Source: a virus (lineage: Duplodnaviria > Caudoviricetes). Taken from it: DNA of 55,925 nucleotides. Both the position numbers and the translations under genes were made by a program. The stretch covers positions 1-55,925 of IMG/VR virus record IMGVR_UViG_3300027967_000009; one strand, written 5' to 3'. How positions within the stretch are numbered: the first letter of the stretch is position 1; every line of letters starts with the position of its first letter. The notes below the pieces were generated by a model. It worked only from the letters and a program-made list of their open reading frames with translations, made no database searches and was not told where the DNA came from. This document shows, one piece after another, positions 1-8,340 of this stretch.

Positions 1-92
1 TAACCACCACACTATCACCCATGTATGATATACATTAAACCTATACGTATAGGTTTAATGTATATCATACATGGGTGATAGTGTGGTGGTTA
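1..92. repeat. Left hairpin telomere (telL), read through as a perfect palindrome
   Basis: 1-46 is the exact reverse complement of 47-92, centre CCTATAC|GTATAGG; protelomerase encoded at the other end. Confidence 0.95.
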
Positions 93-95
93 CTT

Positions 96-155
96 CTATG
101 TATGTTGCCGTCTATGTATGTTACGACTATGTATTGTATTGTCTATCATACATAG
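96..155. repeat. Subtelomeric CTATGTATGTT repeats
   Basis: Copies at 96-106 and 112-122, partial at 127-134, inverted partial at 147-155. Confidence 0.7.
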
Positions 156-434
156 TCAGATTTGTGTTGTTGTGTTTTGATGGTGGTGGGATTATCGATT
201 TTTATGGTTATTTAACGTTAGTTGGAGTAAATAGTTATTTTTGCTAGGTATGGTCAAAGGTTCTTGAGTTCCGGTTATAGCCTAATGCCACCACAGCGCC
301 CTATTTATAGATACTTTACGGGTTTTACATAGGAACAGCATGCGGCAATGGTAAGCGTTACCCTGTTTTGACTTACGCATCAGGTTTGCTCTTTAATGCT
401 TGGTTTGCGTTTTTATTTATTTTTAATCTTTTTA

Positions 435-462
435 TTGACAACCTGTATTTAAACGGTAAACT
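435..462 (+). promoter_or_regulatory. Sigma70-type promoter for parAB
   Basis: TTGACA-16 bp-TAAACT upstream of parA. Confidence 0.6.
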
Positions 463-501
463 TGATTAAAAAATAACACTAATTTGCAAAGGGATTACCA
501 C

Positions 502-1662
502 ATGCGCTTAAAAGACACTCTCACTAATGCCTTGAACAACTCGCAACAGCTGGCTCGACTGGTAGAAGAAAGCCAGTTCGGTAGCTCTGACTATGAAGGT
601 AGGATGATCAAACGCCGCTGGGGTGTTGGTGATGCAGCTAAACTTGTTGGTGTTTCTAAAACAGCCATTGATAAAGCTGAGAAAGAAGGTCGTTTGCCAC
701 CGCCTGAACTGGGTGAAAATGGCCGTAGAATTGGTTACTCCATCTATCAAATAAGTGAAATGCGTGACGTATTTAAAACGGCCCCACATCGTCAAGACGG
801 TGACGAACCTTTGGTGTTATCGGTGTGTGGCCATAAAGGTGGAGGATGGAAAACTTCTGTCTCGGTTCACTTGGCCCAATGGTTAGCATTGCAGGGTTAT
901 CGCGTGTTATTAGTTGATCATGACCCGCAAGGCACAACAAGCCTCTATCATGGCTATACACCTATGCGTGTGGCTGATGAAGATACCTTGCTGCCTTTCT
1001 ATCTTGGGGATGAAGTCGATTTGTCTTATGCTATTGTGAATACCTATTGGCCTGGGCTTGATTTAATCCCATCTAACCCTTCTGTTGATAGAATTAAGCT
1101 TGAACTGCCTAAACTGTCTGAAACAGGTCAACTAGATATTCCGCATCACTTAATACTGCAAGCAGGGCTTGAAACCGTTAAAGATAATTATGATTTTGTC
1201 ATTGTTGACGGTACACCAGACCTATCAGACATCACTATTAACATGGTATTTGCCGCTGACTTAATCGTTTGTCCTACCCCTGCCATTTATGCTGATTACA
1301 TTAGTACCAGCCAATTTTTTAGCATGATGCTAGCCATGATTGAAGATATTGACGATCATGGCTTTGAGCCTGAGCTCAAGGTGCTAATCACCCATTTTGA
1401 TAGTGGTGCACATCGTCAAGCTGGCATTATGGATAACTACATCAGGCAAACATGGCCTGGCATGGTTTTTAGTAATAATATTCGCAAAACTGAAGAAGTA
1501 CCCAAGGCACAGTTAAAAATGCGTACTGTCTTTGAGCAAGCCTCGAGTGAGCGCTCAAACCATGGCGCCTATAAAAATGCATTAGCTATCTTTGAGCCAG
1601 CCTTCACAGAAATACTTAACAATCTGGTATTAACCCGCTGGCCATCAAGAGGTGAACAATAA
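502..1662 (+). CDS. parA: SopA/ParA type Ia partition ATPase
   Basis: N-terminal HTH, deviant Walker A KGGGWKT, VDHDPQG, DFVIVDGTP; start moved to ATG 502. Confidence 0.93.
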   Translation: MRLKDTLTNALNNSQQLARLVEESQFGSSDYEGRMIKRRWGVGDAAKLVGVSKTAIDKAEKEGRLPPPELGENGRRIGYSIYQISEMRDVFKTAPHRQDGDEPLVLSVCGHKGGGWKTSVSVHLAQWLALQGYRVLLVDHDPQGTTSLYHGYTPMRVADEDTLLPFYLGDEVDLSYAIVNTYWPGLDLIPSNPSVDRIKLELPKLSETGQLDIPHHLILQAGLETVKDNYDFVIVDGTPDLSDITINMVFAADLIVCPTPAIYADYISTSQFFSMMLAMIEDIDDHGFEPELKVLITHFDSGAHRQAGIMDNYIRQTWPGMVFSNNIRKTEEVPKAQLKMRTVFEQASSERSNHGAYKNALAIFEPAFTEILNNLVLTRWPSRGEQ

Positions 1663-2645
1663 TGGCAAAGTTAAAAGGCTTAAATTTAAGCACCGATGAT
1701 TTAGCGAAAGAGCTGTCTAAAAGCAACACTGCTGCTCCAGTAAAACAGGTGGCAAGTATGCCCTCAGTGAATCGCGTTAAGGTCAGTCGTGGAGATTACG
1801 GCAACACCAATAAGAAAATGGTTCAAGGCAAGATGATCACCTTTACCTATAAAGTGATTGAAATAGGTAAAGTTGAGCAGCAAACCAGTGTTTACAACCT
1901 TAATGAGCGTGATCAGGAATTACTGAATCATCATGGTGTCGCTGATATTTTAGACAGCATTAAGAAAAACAGAATCAATGATTTTGAAGTGTACGCAAGA
2001 CCTGTTAAAGGTGGTCATGGCTATGAGTTAGCTGATGGCTCCCGAAGGCGCCGAGCTTGTATTTTAGGTAAAGCGGCTTTAGCTATGTGGGTAGCTGATT
2101 TAACTGATGCCCAAATGGAGCATTTAAGCGAGTCTGGCAACATGCACAAGCAAGCTTCTGTTTATGAGCGTGGCCTAGTGTATGAGCGTTGGTTAGATGA
2201 AGGTCGATATACTAGTGCCGCAGAAATAGCACGCGAGCGAAAAGTTGACCGTAGAACGGTTGGCCGTTGTTTAAATGCTGCCAAATTACCTAAATGGTTG
2301 GTTGAAGCATACAGAACGCCAAACGATATGAGTGTTGAATCAGCGGGTAAGCTCCATGATTTAGTCACTAAAACAAATATTGATATGGACGTACTAAAAA
2401 AACGGGCTGAAAGCGGTAAGCTGTTTTGGGAAAGCCACAATTATTCTGGCGCAGAAATTACCAAACGTTTAGTTGCCCCTGTTATTAAACCGGGCGAACA
2501 AAAGCAAAAAAATAGTACCTGGTTAATCAAGGGCAAAGCAAAAGTCACCAAAAGCAAAGACAGTGTGAAATATGAATTACCGGCACTGGATGAAGTGCAA
2601 CAAAGTAAGCTGGATGATTTTATCAAAGGATTACTGAAGAAGTAA
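1662..2645 (+). CDS. parB: SopB/ParB partition protein
   Basis: ADGSRRR arginine patch, central HTH, coupled to parA. Confidence 0.92.
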   Translation: MAKLKGLNLSTDDLAKELSKSNTAAPVKQVASMPSVNRVKVSRGDYGNTNKKMVQGKMITFTYKVIEIGKVEQQTSVYNLNERDQELLNHHGVADILDSIKKNRINDFEVYARPVKGGHGYELADGSRRRRACILGKAALAMWVADLTDAQMEHLSESGNMHKQASVYERGLVYERWLDEGRYTSAAEIARERKVDRRTVGRCLNAAKLPKWLVEAYRTPNDMSVESAGKLHDLVTKTNIDMDVLKKRAESGKLFWESHNYSGAEITKRLVAPVIKPGEQKQKNSTWLIKGKAKVTKSKDSVKYELPALDEVQQSKLDDFIKGLLKK

Positions 2646-2725
2646 ATTAATAGGCTGCGCCAACAGCCTATCAACCGCCTTAGCGCCAACTAAGGCAACA
2701 TAACTAAAACTGCGAGGAAATAACT

Positions 2726-2848
2726 ATGTCTAATGCACAATTTAGCACATTGAGATCAATGCCACTAGCAAAACTAATTTTGCTACCTTTATTTATTCGT
2801 GAAGACTTAGCGAGTAGATACCGTTTTTTACAGCAATTTAATAAGTGA
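2726..2848 (+). CDS. Small 40-aa ORF (MSNAQFSTLRSMPLAKLILLPLFIREDLASRYRFLQQFNK)
   Basis: GAGG RBS, structured leader, downstream terminator; below ORF-track cutoff. Confidence 0.5.
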   Translation: MSNAQFSTLRSMPLAKLILLPLFIREDLASRYRFLQQFNK

Positions 2849-2900
2849 ATAAATTCATTCTTTCAAATACGGACATCAAAACGTAACTATGTTAGCGCTT

Positions 2901-2927
2901 AAACCGACTTGTTCTAGTCGGTTTTTT
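2901..2927 (+). terminator. Rho-independent terminator
   Basis: AAACCGACT-loop-AGTCGGTTT followed by T run. Confidence 0.8.
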
Positions 2928-2937
2928 ATTGTTACTT

Positions 2938-2990
2938 TTTTACACACGCGTGTGTAAAATGCTTGACTTACACACGCGTGTGTATATAAT
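2938..2990 (+). promoter_or_regulatory. hicAB promoter with two palindromic operators
   Basis: TTGACT 2963-2968 and TATAAT 2985-2990; TACACACGCGTGTGTA at 2941-2956 and 2969-2984. Confidence 0.85.
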
Positions 2991-3018
2991 AAGGGTATAA
3001 GTTGATTAGGGAGGTGGA

Positions 3019-3201
3019 ATGAATAGTAAAGATTTAATCAAACAACTTAAAAAAGCCGGTTGCACAATGGTTCGGGAAGGTAAAGGCTCTCACCAAATAT
3101 GGGAGTCACCAATATCAAAAACACGATTTACCGTCCCCCACCCAAAACGCAATCTTCCGAAAGGAACAATTAAGGGCATATTAAAACAAGCGGGGCTTTA
3201 G
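3019..3201 (+). CDS. hicA: HicA toxin (mRNA interferase)
   Basis: 60 aa, GKGSH and TVPHPK..LPKGT motifs. Confidence 0.92.
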   Translation: MNSKDLIKQLKKAGCTMVREGKGSHQIWESPISKTRFTVPHPKRNLPKGTIKGILKQAGL

Positions 3202-3275
3202 CCCCCTTGCTTTCACAACTAATAATAAAAAAAACTGGTGGAAGAAAAAACTCGTCCAAACAGGAGAAAACAGAA

Positions 3276-3704
3276 ATGTATATATCAGTAGGTTTAGAAA
3301 TTGGCAATGAAGATGACGCGATCGGTATTGTTGTTCCTGCTCTGAATATAGATGGCTACAGTTGCTATTCAGCAGCTGACAGCGAACAAGATATTATCCC
3401 TAACACCAAAGAAGCACTGGCTTTATTGTTAGAAGATATCGCACAAAACAAACCAGAGTTAATTGCCCAAATCGAAGATTATGGTATTCGCCATTATCAA
3501 CAGCAAAGCGACTATGAAGACTTTAATAATTGGAGTATGGTCGAATTTGATTTAGCGCCCTATTTGGGCAAACAAAAACGTATTAACTTGTCGATGTCAG
3601 AAGGACTGATCCAAACTATCGACACCGTTGTTAACGCTCATGATGAATACCGTGACAGAAGTCACTTTTTAGAAGTCGCTGCACGTCACGAATTAACCGC
3701 TTAA
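3276..3704 (+). CDS. hicB: HicB antitoxin
   Basis: IVVP..CYSAAD N-domain, C-terminal RHH (RINLSM..RSHFL); start moved to ATG 3276 after AGGAG. Confidence 0.9.
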   Translation: MYISVGLEIGNEDDAIGIVVPALNIDGYSCYSAADSEQDIIPNTKEALALLLEDIAQNKPELIAQIEDYGIRHYQQQSDYEDFNNWSMVEFDLAPYLGKQKRINLSMSEGLIQTIDTVVNAHDEYRDRSHFLEVAARHELTA

Positions 3705-3728
3705 GCGAAAAAAAACACTATTCATTCC

Positions 3729-3753
3729 AGCCACCTTCGGGTGGCTTTTTTTT
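3729..3753 (+). terminator. Rho-independent terminator
   Basis: AGCCACC-TTCG-GGTGGCT plus T run. Confidence 0.9.
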
Positions 3754-3791
3754 GGCAAAGAATACCCCAAAGTGATGCGTATTATCAGAAT

Positions 3792-3817
3792 GCCCGGTAA
3801 CTTAACCGGGCTTTTTT
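3792..3817 (+). terminator. Second tandem terminator
   Basis: GCCCGGT..ACCGGGC plus T run. Confidence 0.75.
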
Positions 3818-3876
3818 ATGCAAACTTTATGATCATAAACTACACTTGAAACACTTCTCTACAGTTTTGGTGCATC

Positions 3877-4512
3877 ATGTATCGTGACGAAATAAGCCCT
3901 GAAATGAGGCTCTTTAGCCCATCTGGTGAAAGACTATATTGTACTGCTGACGAAAGAGCTAGATTTCTTGATGCAGCTCAAGACGAAGATCCAATAAATA
4001 GAATGTTTTGCCAAGTTCTTCATTATACCGGTTGTCGGCCGCGTGAAGCGATAGAGCTGGAATATGAGCGAATACTCATTGATGATTGCTCTATTGTATT
4101 TCGCTGCTTAAAGAAACGTAAAACTGATAATCAAGGCAGAATTAAACAACCACAATATAGAAGTGTACCTGTACCAAAACTATTAATTGAAAACCTAGAT
4201 TTAGTTTTTGGCGTTCGCAGAGTTCAAGCAAAAAAGAAACAATTGTCTGAGCGCCTTTGGCCTAAATGTCGTACAACTTATTACCGCATGATCAAGAACG
4301 TAATGGCTAGAGCAAACATTCATGGAGAAATGGCAACGGGTAAAGGTTTGAGGCATGGCTTTGGTGTCGCAATGGTTACAGCTAAAAAGCCCTTACCTAT
4401 CCATATACTATCTAGACTAATGGGCCATTCAGACAGTAAAACCACTGAGATTTATTTACAGATAATTGGAGAAGAACAGCGGCAATTAGTGAATGATGCT
4501 TGGGATAGCTAA
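3877..4512 (+). CDS. Small tyrosine recombinase (catalytic domain only)
   Basis: TGCR, KGLRHGF, LMGHS and TEIY catalytic motifs; 211 aa. Confidence 0.9.
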   Translation: MYRDEISPEMRLFSPSGERLYCTADERARFLDAAQDEDPINRMFCQVLHYTGCRPREAIELEYERILIDDCSIVFRCLKKRKTDNQGRIKQPQYRSVPVPKLLIENLDLVFGVRRVQAKKKQLSERLWPKCRTTYYRMIKNVMARANIHGEMATGKGLRHGFGVAMVTAKKPLPIHILSRLMGHSDSKTTEIYLQIIGEEQRQLVNDAWDS

Positions 4513-4523
4513 CGACTTTTATA

Positions 4524-5153
4524 TTAACCAAGAATCAAAAGAAATAAGTCATGCCACCCGTTAAATATATAAGTTCCGCATGCCCAAAAAATAGTACCAA
4601 TAGTTATAAGGCTTAATTCAAGATTTGTAAACATGGTCCTGATTTTGTTTTTTGTCTCCTCTACTTCAATTATATTTGATAAAGATGTGGTAATAATAGC
4701 TAATTTTTTTGCTGTGTCTTGAGTCGTATGCACCCCAAGTAGCTGTATTACATTCAACACATTGGTGACAAAAGATAGGTGTGCTAGCAAATCATTTGTT
4801 TTTATATCTCCTTCATTTTTCTCTAAAGATTTGTCACTTTCAATTAACTCGTCCATTATTGTATTTACTTGCTTTAATAATTTATCTCGTTCTTCTGAAT
4901 CTAAATCTTCATTTATTGAAATGGAAAGCTCTTTAGGTAAATTCCGTACACTTGCTTCTAGCTCATGCAATTTATTATTGTTGAACGAAATATTTTGAAA
5001 ATCTTTCCCCCAAGAAAACATACTAAAAATAATAACCGCGGCGCCTCCTAACTCAACAAACTCAGGCTTGCCAAAGTACCAAGCACACACAGCTGACATC
5101 AGAAGCAAAGAACAGCAAATCACTCCGTATTTAAACTTGTATTTTTTTATCAT
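4524..5153 (-). CDS. Membrane protein with central coiled coil
   Basis: Two N-terminal and one C-terminal hydrophobic segments; very AT-rich. Confidence 0.7.
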   Translation of the reverse strand: MIKKYKFKYGVICCSLLLMSAVCAWYFGKPEFVELGGAAVIIFSMFSWGKDFQNISFNNNKLHELEASVRNLPKELSISINEDLDSEERDKLLKQVNTIMDELIESDKSLEKNEGDIKTNDLLAHLSFVTNVLNVIQLLGVHTTQDTAKKLAIITTSLSNIIEVEETKNKIRTMFTNLELSLITIGTIFWACGTYIFNGWHDLFLLILG

Positions 5154-5338
5154 TTTACATCCTTATATTTAGATTTTTTATTACCCAGTTCTTTTAACCA
5201 GGCTGCAACTGATTTGCCATCTTCTTCAGCTGCTTTTTCCCACGCTTCCTTTTGTGGCACATCTAAACGCATCTCAAAACGAGTTGTTGGTGTTTTCTTT
5301 TCTGGCCTGCCACGAGGTTTTTTCTTATTTTCAATCAT
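5150..5338 (-). CDS. Small ribbon-helix-helix-like DNA-binding protein
   Basis: PRGRP hook, TRFEMRL strand, AAEEDGKSVAAW helices. Confidence 0.7.
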   Translation of the reverse strand: MIENKKKPRGRPEKKTPTTRFEMRLDVPQKEAWEKAAEEDGKSVAAWLKELGNKKSKYKDVK

Positions 5339-5350
5339 GGCTGCATTTTA

Positions 5351-5448
5351 GTACGTACAAAAAATAATAACAACCTCGCTACTTATCATTAAATGTACGT
5401 ACAAAAAAGTTGAATAAATTAACCAGATATATAATAATTGTACGTACA
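5351..5448. promoter_or_regulatory. Three GTACGTAC palindromic operators in a divergent promoter region
   Basis: Copies at 5351-5358, 5394-5403 (TGTACGTACA) and 5439-5448 (TGTACGTACA). Confidence 0.7.
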
Positions 5449-5469
5449 TTAAATAAAGGTATGTTTTAA

Positions 5470-5772
5470 ATGATTCTTAATAAGCGCGACATTCGTAGCC
5501 TAATACTTAATCCTGACATGAAAGAAACTATCAAACGAATGATGCTTTCTGATAATCAGATTGACACGCTCAAATTCATCAGCAGTAAAGGTGTAACTAG
5601 TTCTGAATTGGCTATGCATCAACAAACGTCAGTACAAGGTGCATCGCAACTACTTAAGAATATCTACAGCAAAGGTTACATGCTAAGAAAAGAATTAAAG
5701 TCTAAATCTGGTGGTGTTGAATTTGCTTACTGGGTGAAAGATGAATACATGGAATTTTTAACAAATATCTAA
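5470..5772 (+). CDS. Winged-helix HTH protein
   Basis: TSSELAMHQQTSVQGASQLLKNIYSKGYM pattern. Confidence 0.7.
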   Translation: MILNKRDIRSLILNPDMKETIKRMMLSDNQIDTLKFISSKGVTSSELAMHQQTSVQGASQLLKNIYSKGYMLRKELKSKSGGVEFAYWVKDEYMEFLTNI

Positions 5773-5802
5773 ACAGAATAACCCGTTGATTAGGGAATTA
5801 AC

Positions 5803-6036
5803 ATGAATTTAGAGAATGTAGTCGCGATAGGAAAAATGATGCTCGTAGTCGTTATTGGCTTGCCGTGGATTATGGGCGTTGTTCTTTTTTCTACTTCTTG
5901 GTTTGGTGACGGACTTTCATCAGGCAACCAATCTAAATTACTTAGAAAGCAACAAGAATTAATTGAAGAATGCGAAAGCAACCTGCCTAGAAATCAACAT
6001 TGTGTACTAGTGGCACAAGTAATCGAAACAGAATAA
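5803..6036 (+). CDS. Small membrane-anchored hypothetical protein
   Basis: N-terminal hydrophobic segment, C-terminal CE..LPR.Q.C; RBS present. Confidence 0.7.
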   Translation: MNLENVVAIGKMMLVVVIGLPWIMGVVLFSTSWFGDGLSSGNQSKLLRKQQELIEECESNLPRNQHCVLVAQVIETE

Positions 6037-6054
6037 CCCGAAGGACTAGTAAAT

Positions 6055-6381
6055 ATGAATAGCCAGTTTAGAAGTTATGTGACAGATAGAGCTTTCAACC
6101 TGAGTTTGTCTAAAGGGCAAATCCATCAATTACAATGCGTAATCAATGTCGATTATGATTCCGCAGTATTAGATAGCCGCTTCATGTGTCACTTACAGGC
6201 GCTACAGCGTCGAGGCTTAGTTATCCATACGCCAACTAAAAACGATAACTTGAAAGCGGCCTACGCAAGAAGAAATAAAGAACGCGCGTGGAAAGCTACT
6301 AAGGCCGGAGAGCTGGCTTACCAATTACTGATTGAGGCTGGCTTAATAGTTTTAACTGGTGAAAAAGCAGTTAATGAGTAG
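6055..6381 (+). CDS. Hypothetical protein, possible winged helix
   Basis: AAGGA RBS; LQRRGLV..ATKAG pattern. Confidence 0.65.
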   Translation: MNSQFRSYVTDRAFNLSLSKGQIHQLQCVINVDYDSAVLDSRFMCHLQALQRRGLVIHTPTKNDNLKAAYARRNKERAWKATKAGELAYQLLIEAGLIVLTGEKAVNE

Positions 6382-6417
6382 ATTTTTGCAACCGAATAAC
6401 CCGTTGATAGGAAGATT

Positions 6418-6726
6418 ATGAAAGTAATGGTATTAGGTGCAAGCAGTATGGGCAATCAAGTAGCAACAGCGCTTGCCCTGCATTTAGCTTCAAAACAGGT
6501 CGATATTGTAACTGTGGATTCTTTAGATGATGCCGAGCCTAACGAGGGCGATATTTTGATTTGTGATCATGCACCAACCCCAAATGAACGTCAGTTAGCT
6601 GTGCTAGGTTTACCAATATCTAGCTTGCTTGATGTGGCCGGAACTGTCGAACTACCAGAGCGTGATAATTCATTTCGTGGTGGTAGTCGCGGTAAAGGCG
6701 GCAAGATCAAATATAGACGTAAATAA
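6418..6726 (+). CDS. Hypothetical phage protein
   Basis: RBS; basic Gly-rich C-terminus. Confidence 0.65.
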   Translation: MKVMVLGASSMGNQVATALALHLASKQVDIVTVDSLDDAEPNEGDILICDHAPTPNERQLAVLGLPISSLLDVAGTVELPERDNSFRGGSRGKGGKIKYRRK

Positions 6727-6759
6727 CTAATCAGAATAGCGCATTGTGAGGGCTAACCA

Positions 6760-6921
6760 ATGAAAATTAGAATTACTATTGAAGCCATAAATGATGATGG
6801 TGAAGTAGTTAAAAGTGAAGCTGGTGAGGCTGATAGTAATCACACTGCTGCCGATGTTCGCCAGTGGTGTATGGAAACGTTCACAGCCGTAAAAATGGCT
6901 GCAATTTTTAAGAAAAACTAA
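6760..6921 (+). CDS. Hypothetical 53-aa protein (MKIRITIEAIND...)
   Basis: Read manually; GAGG RBS; fills one spacer-delimited slot of the array. Confidence 0.6.
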   Translation: MKIRITIEAINDDGEVVKSEAGEADSNHTAADVRQWCMETFTAVKMAAIFKKN

Positions 6922-6947
6922 ACCAAATAGCGCATAGCGGGGAATTT

Positions 6948-7118
6948 ATGAAATGGCCTACAGGTAAATACAACGGAAGAAAAATAGCAGGGTTTCGATT
7001 GCTGTTCAGGCTTCGATTATTACGCTGCTTTTGGTTGCCAAAATTCGAGTGGAATTTCGGAGAGCCTTATCTTTTTTGGCTGTTTTTCACTTTTCATTTT
7101 GAAATTGAATATAAATAA
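6948..7118 (+). CDS. Hypothetical 56-aa aromatic-rich protein (MKWPTGKYNGRK...)
   Basis: Read manually; GGGGA RBS; fills one slot of the array. Confidence 0.55.
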   Translation: MKWPTGKYNGRKIAGFRLLFRLRLLRCFWLPKFEWNFGEPYLFWLFFTFHFEIEYK

Positions 7119-7149
7119 CTAAACAGAATTAAGCGGAGTTAGGAATATT

Positions 7150-7566
7150 ATGAATATTGTTAGACCAGAAGTATCAAAAGAAACAATCCTTGAAGCAGCC
7201 AAAGAAGTAGCTATTGATGTACAAGGTAATGCCGATGATATAGCCGAATGCTATCACGATCATATTGATGGTTACGAGTTAGCTAAAAAGCTTGAGAATG
7301 ATTGTTGTTGGGATATTTCCGTAGACATGATTGATTCATTGGATTGTATGCACTCAGTTGTTGAAAGCAAACACGATAAGATTTTAAAGCAATGGATTGT
7401 TGACGAGAATATTGCCCCACCATTTAAAAATGAAACCGAAATAAAAGAAGGGATTATTAAAGGTGTTTGTGAATATAAACCAGCTTATTTCATGGTAAAA
7501 GAAAATGGCTGCGACAACCCTAGCAGACACTTACTAATTAAATTTGAAAATGCTATTGCTGTTTAA
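7150..7566 (+). CDS. Hypothetical acidic phage protein
   Basis: 138-aa ORF with AGGA RBS. Confidence 0.75.
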   Translation: MNIVRPEVSKETILEAAKEVAIDVQGNADDIAECYHDHIDGYELAKKLENDCCWDISVDMIDSLDCMHSVVESKHDKILKQWIVDENIAPPFKNETEIKEGIIKGVCEYKPAYFMVKENGCDNPSRHLLIKFENAIAV

Positions 7567-7596
7567 TGCAACACAATTACCCCAAGGAATAAATAA

Positions 7597-7746
7597 ATGC
7601 TAACAGACGACGAAAAAGACAGACTTAAAAAACTTAGAGCCTTATCATGCAGCAATAAAAATTTCTCTAAAGAAGATACTGACTTTTTGCAGTATTGCTA
7701 TGACAAAGACCCAGAGTATTACAGAAGCTTAATTGCAACAAAATAA
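7597..7746 (+). CDS. Hypothetical 49-aa protein (MLTDDEKDRLKKL...)
   Basis: Read manually; AAGGA RBS; fills one slot of the array. Confidence 0.55.
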   Translation: MLTDDEKDRLKKLRALSCSNKNFSKEDTDFLQYCYDKDPEYYRSLIATK

Positions 7747-7761
7747 CCAACAGGAGAGCAT

Positions 7762-8340
7762 ATGCAGTATTTATTATTTGGCGATTTAGAAACAGGCGGC
7801 TTGAACGGTCGTTTAGATAACGGTGCTTTAGGAATGGAATATTACCCAATTTTTGAAGTGGCTTTCATTGTTACAGATAACGAGTTAGAGCAAATTGGTG
7901 AGCCTTTACGTATCGTTATTCATCATAGCGATGAAACTATAGCAAGGTCACATCAATGGGCGTTAGAAACGCATACAGAAAGTGGTCTAATTAAAGAAGT
8001 AAAAAAATCAACGGTTACATTGCAGCAAGCAGAGAAAATGGTTATAGACCACCTAAAAACTCTTGGTATTGATGCTTACAACCGTGAAACAAAAACTGGT
8101 GCTGTCTTTGCTGGCAACTCTATTATGTTTGATCGCTCTTACTTAATGTGTCAAATGCCTAAGCTGCATGAATACTTACATTACCGTCAACTTGATATTT
8201 CAGCATTAGCATTATTTGCTAGAATTTTTCAGCCTGCATTAGAAAGAAAGGTGGTGGAAGCAAAACAATATAAACATAAAGCGCTCCCTGACATTATTGA
8301 GTCTATCAATGAGCTTAAAACCTATCGCGAGGTTTTTTAA
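7762..8340 (+). CDS. orn: Oligoribonuclease-like DEDDh exonuclease
   Basis: DLETGG, AGNSI.FDR..L, LHYR.LDIS, HKAL.DI.ESI.ELK.YR match Orn motifs. Confidence 0.85.
   Translation: MQYLLFGDLETGGLNGRLDNGALGMEYYPIFEVAFIVTDNELEQIGEPLRIVIHHSDETIARSHQWALETHTESGLIKEVKKSTVTLQQAEKMVIDHLKTLGIDAYNRETKTGAVFAGNSIMFDRSYLMCQMPKLHEYLHYRQLDISALALFARIFQPALERKVVEAKQYKHKALPDIIESINELKTYREVF

Noticed and set aside
1-92. Terminal palindromes as assembly artefacts or transposon inverted repeats
   Set aside because: The same arm at both ends plus a protelomerase indicate real hairpins; only the read-through halves are redundant, and no transposase is present
3877-4512. Integron integrase IntI or prophage integrase
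   Set aside because: Too short, no visible IntI insertion or arm-binding domain, and about 30 kb from the array
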